Assembly (NCBI RefSeq): GCF_009914755.1
Contig: NC_060933.1
Length of the DNA: 64,000 bases
Origin: the human T2T-CHM13v2.0 reference genome, Homo sapiens
Direction: 5' to 3' (one strand)
This document shows, one piece after another, positions 56,587 through 64,000 of the stretch; position 1 is the stretch's first letter; each line of letters starts with the position of its first letter. A program made the translations under genes and the position numbers. The notes beneath the pieces were generated by a model. It saw only the letters and a program-made list of their open reading frames with translations. It had not been told where the DNA came from and ran no database searches.

Positions 56587-57230
56587 TGTGAGTGATGTCA
56601 TGATTTGTGACACTAATGTCTCCAAATGGAGTCACTCACGTCAAGTGGCATTGAGCCCACAGTGAAGTCATTTCCCCTTCAACACAATAAACATATGGGA
56701 TGGCCTGAGGTCATAATATTGCACCTGCTGCTGCCGGGTGTCACCCCAGGCCTGAAACCAACCTACGGGAAGTGGAAGATGGCTGAGATAATGAGAATAG
56801 ACCCATCTACTGTGGATCATAAAGACAGCAAAAATCTGGCCTTCTCCAAGATGCCTTCAGAGGCTCTGCCCTTGAGAACTCTGAGGCCTTCTCCCAACTT
56901 TGGCGAGGCTGTGCCAGAGAGAAGCAGAGATCCCCCCAACCAGTGTTGGAAGGGCATCTGGACCCATGCAACTCATCGGTGGGTGCCTTGGTCTCCAGAG
57001 CTATCATTGTGGCTCCTTATCCTCTTTTTATTACTGCCTGTGCATTGAATATTAATTGCATGATTGATGGTGTGTGAAGCCCTCACAATAAACCATGAAT
57101 TGGAGCACATATGTGAAATTGAGTCATTGCAACACCTTCTGCTTTGGTCTGAGTTAGCACACCTAGTGTAAATGTTTTATTGAGTCACTGTGAAACCTGC
57201 TTTGGTCTGAGTTAGCACACCTAGGTGGCA
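56587..57230 (+). mobile_element. Probable solo LTR, family unassigned
   Basis: aaatggagtcactca motif, AATAAA near 57087, ends ggtggca. Confidence 0.45.
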
Positions 57231-58065
57231 TGAACCTAATTAACTTATCAGTGAGGAGAGAGGGGAGCAAGCCGGAATGTTTTTTCACCAATTCTGGTCA
57301 GCCAGTGGTTGAGGGCTGCTTCCGGGGGCATAAAATCCTTGACACTTCCAGCCTGCCTTAAAGAAAGCTGTGAATCAGACAGTTGGGGCTAGTTGGTATT
57401 CAGGCTGCACTCCCTGGTGAGGGGCTGCAGAGGGCACAGCTGGCTAGCAGCCTCAATAGCACACATATTTTCTGCTGCCATTGCAGTACCCAGACCTTAG
57501 GGGAGATGTCTGTCCCAAAAGGTAGACAGTGCTGGATGTTTACATTTTACCAGTGTTCTTGGCAGTGAGCCCAAGGGTGCCCGCTAGCTGAATGAAGTAG
57601 AATGGGAATTATTATAGAATATTAGGGGGCTCACATAGCTTCTGGGAGGGCTGGAGCATCGGCCACACCATAAGATATCCCAGGGAGCACTCCACTGCTG
57701 CAGGGCCAGGCACCCACCCCACAGAGCTGTCACTGGGCGCTGCTGTCCCCCCACACCCCCTGCCCCCCACCGCCTTCCCCAGTGGAAGTAACTGAAGCAC
57801 CCTCAACGAGAGTAGCCAGAGGCTGTTGACTCAGAGCATGGTATAATGAGAGAGTCAGCCCCATCATTTGCACTTGGCAGAGGCTCAAGGGCAGTCAGGG
57901 GAGTGGGGAAGCTGTGTGCTGATAAGCTTCCGGGATCCCTGATTGGAGGCTGTTGGCATGGTGGGTGAATTAGAGATGGGGCAGCCTATTCAATTGGTTA
58001 GAGGAGCATATGGGGCTTTCTCAGGTTGGTCCTGAGATGGAAGTAGAGGCAAATATTTAGGAGTA

Positions 58066-58560
<495 letters not shown>

Positions 58561-59759
58561 AAATTTTGGGAAGCTAGCAGTTATTGACCAAGTCCTGATC
58601 ACTTGGGGCTGAGTGCCTGTGCTGTCTTCCCCACATCACTCTTTCCTGGATGGGCTGCTCTTGGCTGTAGGAGCCTGGATCCTACAAGGCAGCACCTGGC
58701 TCTTCCCTGGGGATGGGGTCCCATGGGGGGCATTCATCCACTGGAGGAAGGAGGTTCACAGAGGCAGATACAGGGCAGCCACACAATACGACCAGTCTCT
58801 GTCACATAAGTTTAGCTGGTGACTGAGGAGTCACAAAACTGTTTTTGGAGGTGGAACCCAGAATATTTCTTGAACCAATAGATAAGAAGAGAAATGATTC
58901 TTGTGTCAATTTTCCTCCAGGGAGTGAAACTTAAATCTATTCCTTCAGAGAAAGTACAAAGTTTAAAGAAGCACAAGAAAATCCTCATGATCTCGTCACC
59001 AAAAATTAATAATAATAATTAATAATGACCATTGTTAACATTTTGACATTTTTACTATTTCCTTAGAATGTTTTCATCCTTTTTGTTTACATGGTAGAGA
59101 TCATACTGTATACACAATTTCATATTCTGCTTTCTGGTTTAACTCTATATCATAAGCATTTCATCACTTCACTGCAACTCTTTGTAAACATCATTTTATG
59201 ACTTAATAATATTCCACTGTGTGATTGTATATACATGATTTATGTAGCTATTTCCCGAACATTGGCTATTCAGATTGTTTTTCATTTTTGTTGTTATTAT
59301 TAACATGTATAAATCCTTGTCTTTGTTTCTAAATGGGACAGGGTTTTAGAGGGGACTCAGTAAATCATAGGACATAAATGTCTTCACCTTTCTTGGCCTT
59401 TAGTCCACAGGACTATTTGTAAAGATAGAAGTGTGACAGGACTTTGTGACCCTTGCACTGTCTGCTTTCTATTTCTGGTCACCAGGAGAGAGGGACAGAG
59501 TAAGTGAAGACAATATAAAGAAAAAACTCCCAGCAAGGAGAGTTTGAAAATTTATCTGAGATGTCTCTGGATTTGGATTATGTTGTGAAATGATTTCTTG
59601 TCTGCTAAGGCATCCTGCAAGTGTTTATGAGAGATGTTTTGCTAGCTTGTAGTTTGCTAAAAGAGCAGAGAAACTCATCCTATTCTGAATAAGTGATGAT
59701 AACATTTTACAGTAATTATAATAGGCAATCCATGATAATGTATTTTTAAATTGGGGATG

Positions 59760-60141
59760 TGTCTTAGTTTGTTCTGTGCTGCTGAACAGAATACTAAAGC
59801 CTGGGTAATTTATAAAGAGCAGAAATGTATTTCTCACAGTCCTAGAGGTTTGGAAGTCCAAGATCAAAGGGCCAGCATCTGGTGAGGGCCTTTGTGCTGC
59901 AACATCCCATGGTGGAAGACGGAAGGGCACAGAAAGGTTAAGAGAGAGAGAGAGCGCGCAAGAGAAGGCTGAGCTCATCCTTTCGTAAGAGACCCACTTT
60001 CATGATAATGGCATGAATCCACTCTTGAGCGGGGAGAACTCATGACTTAAACACCTCTTAAAGGTCTCACCTTCCAATATTGCACATTGAGGATCAAGTT
60101 TTCAACATCTGAACTTTGGGGGACACATTGAAACCATAGCA
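59760..60141 (-). mobile_element. MaLR LTR (MST/MLT1A-like)
   Basis: ctgggtaatttataaag...gaagtccaagatcaa motif. Confidence 0.8.
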
Positions 60142-60499
60142 AGGTGAAAAATCAACTGGTTACTACTTTAACAAAATGCATATCCTAAAAATTGACATCC
60201 GGGGCCATCCTTCACAAACCATAGGGGTGCATCAGGATCACCTGGAGGGCTTATTAAAACATAAATTTATCAAGGGTTAAATCTTTGGGCCCTACTCCAA
60301 GGATTCTGATTTGTGTCTCAAATGAGTTGTCAGAGGATACTGATGCTGCCTGTCCTGGGACCTCACTTTGGGGCTTTGTTAAATTTGGCATAAAGAACTA
60401 TAAAGAGAGGAATTGTAGGTGGCTTCAAATAATATAATTTGAGAAAAGGGGATCTGTACCCTCACCTCCTGTTCAACCATAAGTGAAGGTAACTTGTGA

Positions 60500-60926
<427 letters not shown>

Positions 60927-61804
60927 ACCTTGCTTTTTAGAGCTGAATAACATTTCATTGTTTGTCTGTGCCACATTTTATTTATCCCTTCTGCAGATGG
61001 ACACTTGGATTGCTTTCACCTCTTGGCTGTTGTGAATAGTGCTGCTAAGAATATGGATATGCAATTGGAGAAAGCTTTTTTTAAGAGCCTAGGAGAGCCT
61101 GCAGCACCTGTAAAAATCTGGGCCTTCTCAGCCCTCATGCATACCTGAACTTACAGCCAGGTGGCAGACACCACTCTTGCCTATTTCATGCCCCATAGGT
61201 CCACTTCTGACTTCTGCTGTGGCTGTGCTGGACAGTCCCATGGGAGATCTGCCTCACCGGAGTCATGACTCAATCACGTAACTGCTGCCCCTTGTCTTTC
61301 TCACCTGGTGCTGTGGCAGCTGTCTTGGTCTACAAGTGCAGGAGGGCTAATGCCCCCAGACAACCCTGGACCAATGGGGTCTAGCTGGTGGATAATGCTG
61401 TGGCTGCCCATCTTTCCCGTGGACAATTTTGGAAGGCATTCACCTTCTCAGAGGTCCCAGGAGATTTGAGGGACCACAATAATGTGCTCTGATGTTGGCG
61501 TTTTCTCCTTCCCCATCTTGCTTTCCCTGCTCCCGTACTCCTGCTTGCTGAGCTTGCCTCCAAATAAACCACCTGACTCCGCGTCCTCCTTTCACAGGAA
61601 CCCAGCAAGCACAAAGGCTGGTCCTTGCCTCTGGGTACATGGTCTGTAGCTTTCTTCTCTGCACATTGTCCAGCAGTGCCAAACATCGGGAGACTGAAAA
61701 GACCACAGGATTTTATGAGGGGAGAAGCAGAAGGACTCCAGAGAGTTATCAACTGACCTGGGTCCCAGAGTTAATTAGGAGGTGACTTCATCCTAGTAGA
61801 GTCC

Positions 61805-61985
61805 TTTCTTGTATACATGTGGTCCCTGGATCAGATCATAAGCATCAGCATCACCAGAAACATGGTAGAAATGCAAATTCTCAGACCTTGGCCCAGACCT
61901 ACTGGATCAGAAACTCTGGGGGTGGCCAGCAATCTGTGTGTTAACAAGCCCTCTGGGTGACCCTGATGCATGCTAAAGTTTGAGA
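61805..61985. mobile_element. MER5A-like hAT element
   Basis: agcatcagcatcacc...gaaatgcaaattctcag...tgctaaagtttgaga. Confidence 0.75.
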
Positions 61986-62105
61986 TTGTAGGGGAGGAAA
62001 CACTTTTCCTTTGCCTGAGGCCCTGTAAATTAGACCCACAAAAGATCAACAAGAGAAAAAGTTTACTAATACCTTTTCTAGCCCTTTTCCCACCCCTTTG
62101 AGTTA

Positions 62106-62480
<375 letters not shown>

Positions 62481-62729
62481 CTAATAATGAGAAAACATCA
62501 GACACCTCAGTTTGGGGATGTTTTATAGGATACCTGGCTAGGACTCCTCAAAACAGTCCTGCTACCAATGAACTTGTTTTACTTTTTTTTTATCACACAC
62601 TTTATGACTTCTCATATGATTTAGTTTATTTCAAATGTTTGTGAATTATTGTTTAGAAAATTTATGAAACAATACTATGAAAATTAATGATAGTCACCAA
62701 AAATCTATCAGTTGTTATAATTGATTCAG

Positions 62730-63452
62730 CAGTGAATGTTTTCCTCTGCTCTCTTAGGTTTAGTAACTGGGGCCTGAACATTAAACTGACAAAAGACAGA
62801 TTAACAGGACAAAGGTGTTTTTCATATGTATAGGGGGAGCTTCACAGAAAAGAAGTGAAGACCCCCAAAAGCAGTTAGGCCTGGCAGTTTATATACCTTT
62901 TAACAAACAGCAAAAAATTGTGGAGAAGTGACAAGACAAGGAAAATGTGTTTGAGCTTCTAGGTGTGGTAAATTATGGGAAGGTAAATATATGGGGAAAA
63001 CTAATGGAAGACAGGGACTATTTGTAAGGTTAGTTATGCAGACTCAAGTCGATGCCATCTCATTTAATAATAAGAGCTATGTTCTCTTCCTAGTATGGAG
63101 AGAGTAGGAGAAACACCTTACAAAGGGAAAGTTAGTTTTTCTTTTAGGCGGAAAGGAGGAGGGGCGAGTGTTTCTTATACATCTAATTTTTCTTGTTCTT
63201 TTCCTTTTTTAATTTTTGAGACAGGGTCTCACTCTGTCACCCAGGCTGCTGTGCAGTGGCATGACCTTGGCTCACTGCAGCCTCAACCTCCTGGGCTCAA
63301 GTGATCCACCCACCTCAAGCCTCTCAAAGTGCTAGGATTGCAGGTGTGAGTCACTGTGCCTGGCCCATCTGATCTTTCTTCATTGGCTTCAGTTCAAAAT
63401 AATTCTTAAGCCAAAGTGGCATATTTGGGATTGGCATATTCTGATCCCCTTT
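62730..63452 (-). mobile_element. MER34-family LTR with Alu monomer insert (63198-63365)
   Basis: ccaaagtggcatatttggg...ggcatattctgatcccct terminus. Confidence 0.7.
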
Positions 63453-63550
63453 TATTCAAAGGCCATAAAAACATCCATTTTTTATTTTGGTGTTGGAAAC
63501 TTATACTGTTCTCTTTCCACTGCAGAATAACATGTTAAAAAGTGATTTCT

Positions 63551-63864
<314 letters not shown>

Positions 63865-64000
63865 TGTAATTTCTTTCCAAAAACCCTGACACCAGTCTAA
63901 TAATAAGAAAACATCAGATGACCCAGATTGGGGTATGTTTTATGGTTAGGACTCCTCAAAAGGGTCAAGGTTATGGGAAACAAGGAAAGACTGAGAAACT

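Noticed and set aside
56626-57048. 140-aa ORF with hydrophobic C-terminus
   Set aside because: Lies within a probable LTR and has no recognisable domain.

Overview
This is repeat-dominated primate (very probably human or great-ape) non-coding DNA. I found no host protein-coding exon, and almost all short ORFs in the track are Alu, L1 or LTR artefacts. The centre (27.2-44.4 kb) is a nested retroelement stack: an Alu 5' half interrupted by an old HERV-H LTR7/leader/gag fragment (Phe-like PBS); an antisense ERV9/LTR12 provirus inserted into that gag (gag-pro-pol-env all disabled, Lys PBS, HERV-H-like Env ectodomain with a HERV-W/9-type tail, and an intact 51-aa double-hydrophobic micro-ORF between pol and env); a deletion that left only 35 bp of the ERV9 5' LTR; and a full-length L1PA2-like LINE-1 whose antisense promoter now points into the provirus. 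The flanks hold about 43 Alus, many solo LTRs (including a 4-level nest at 23.7-27.1 kb), MER82, L1M, L2 and MIR remnants, and several templated-duplication scars. Family names come from recalled consensus sequences, not a search. Boundaries of old elements are approximate.
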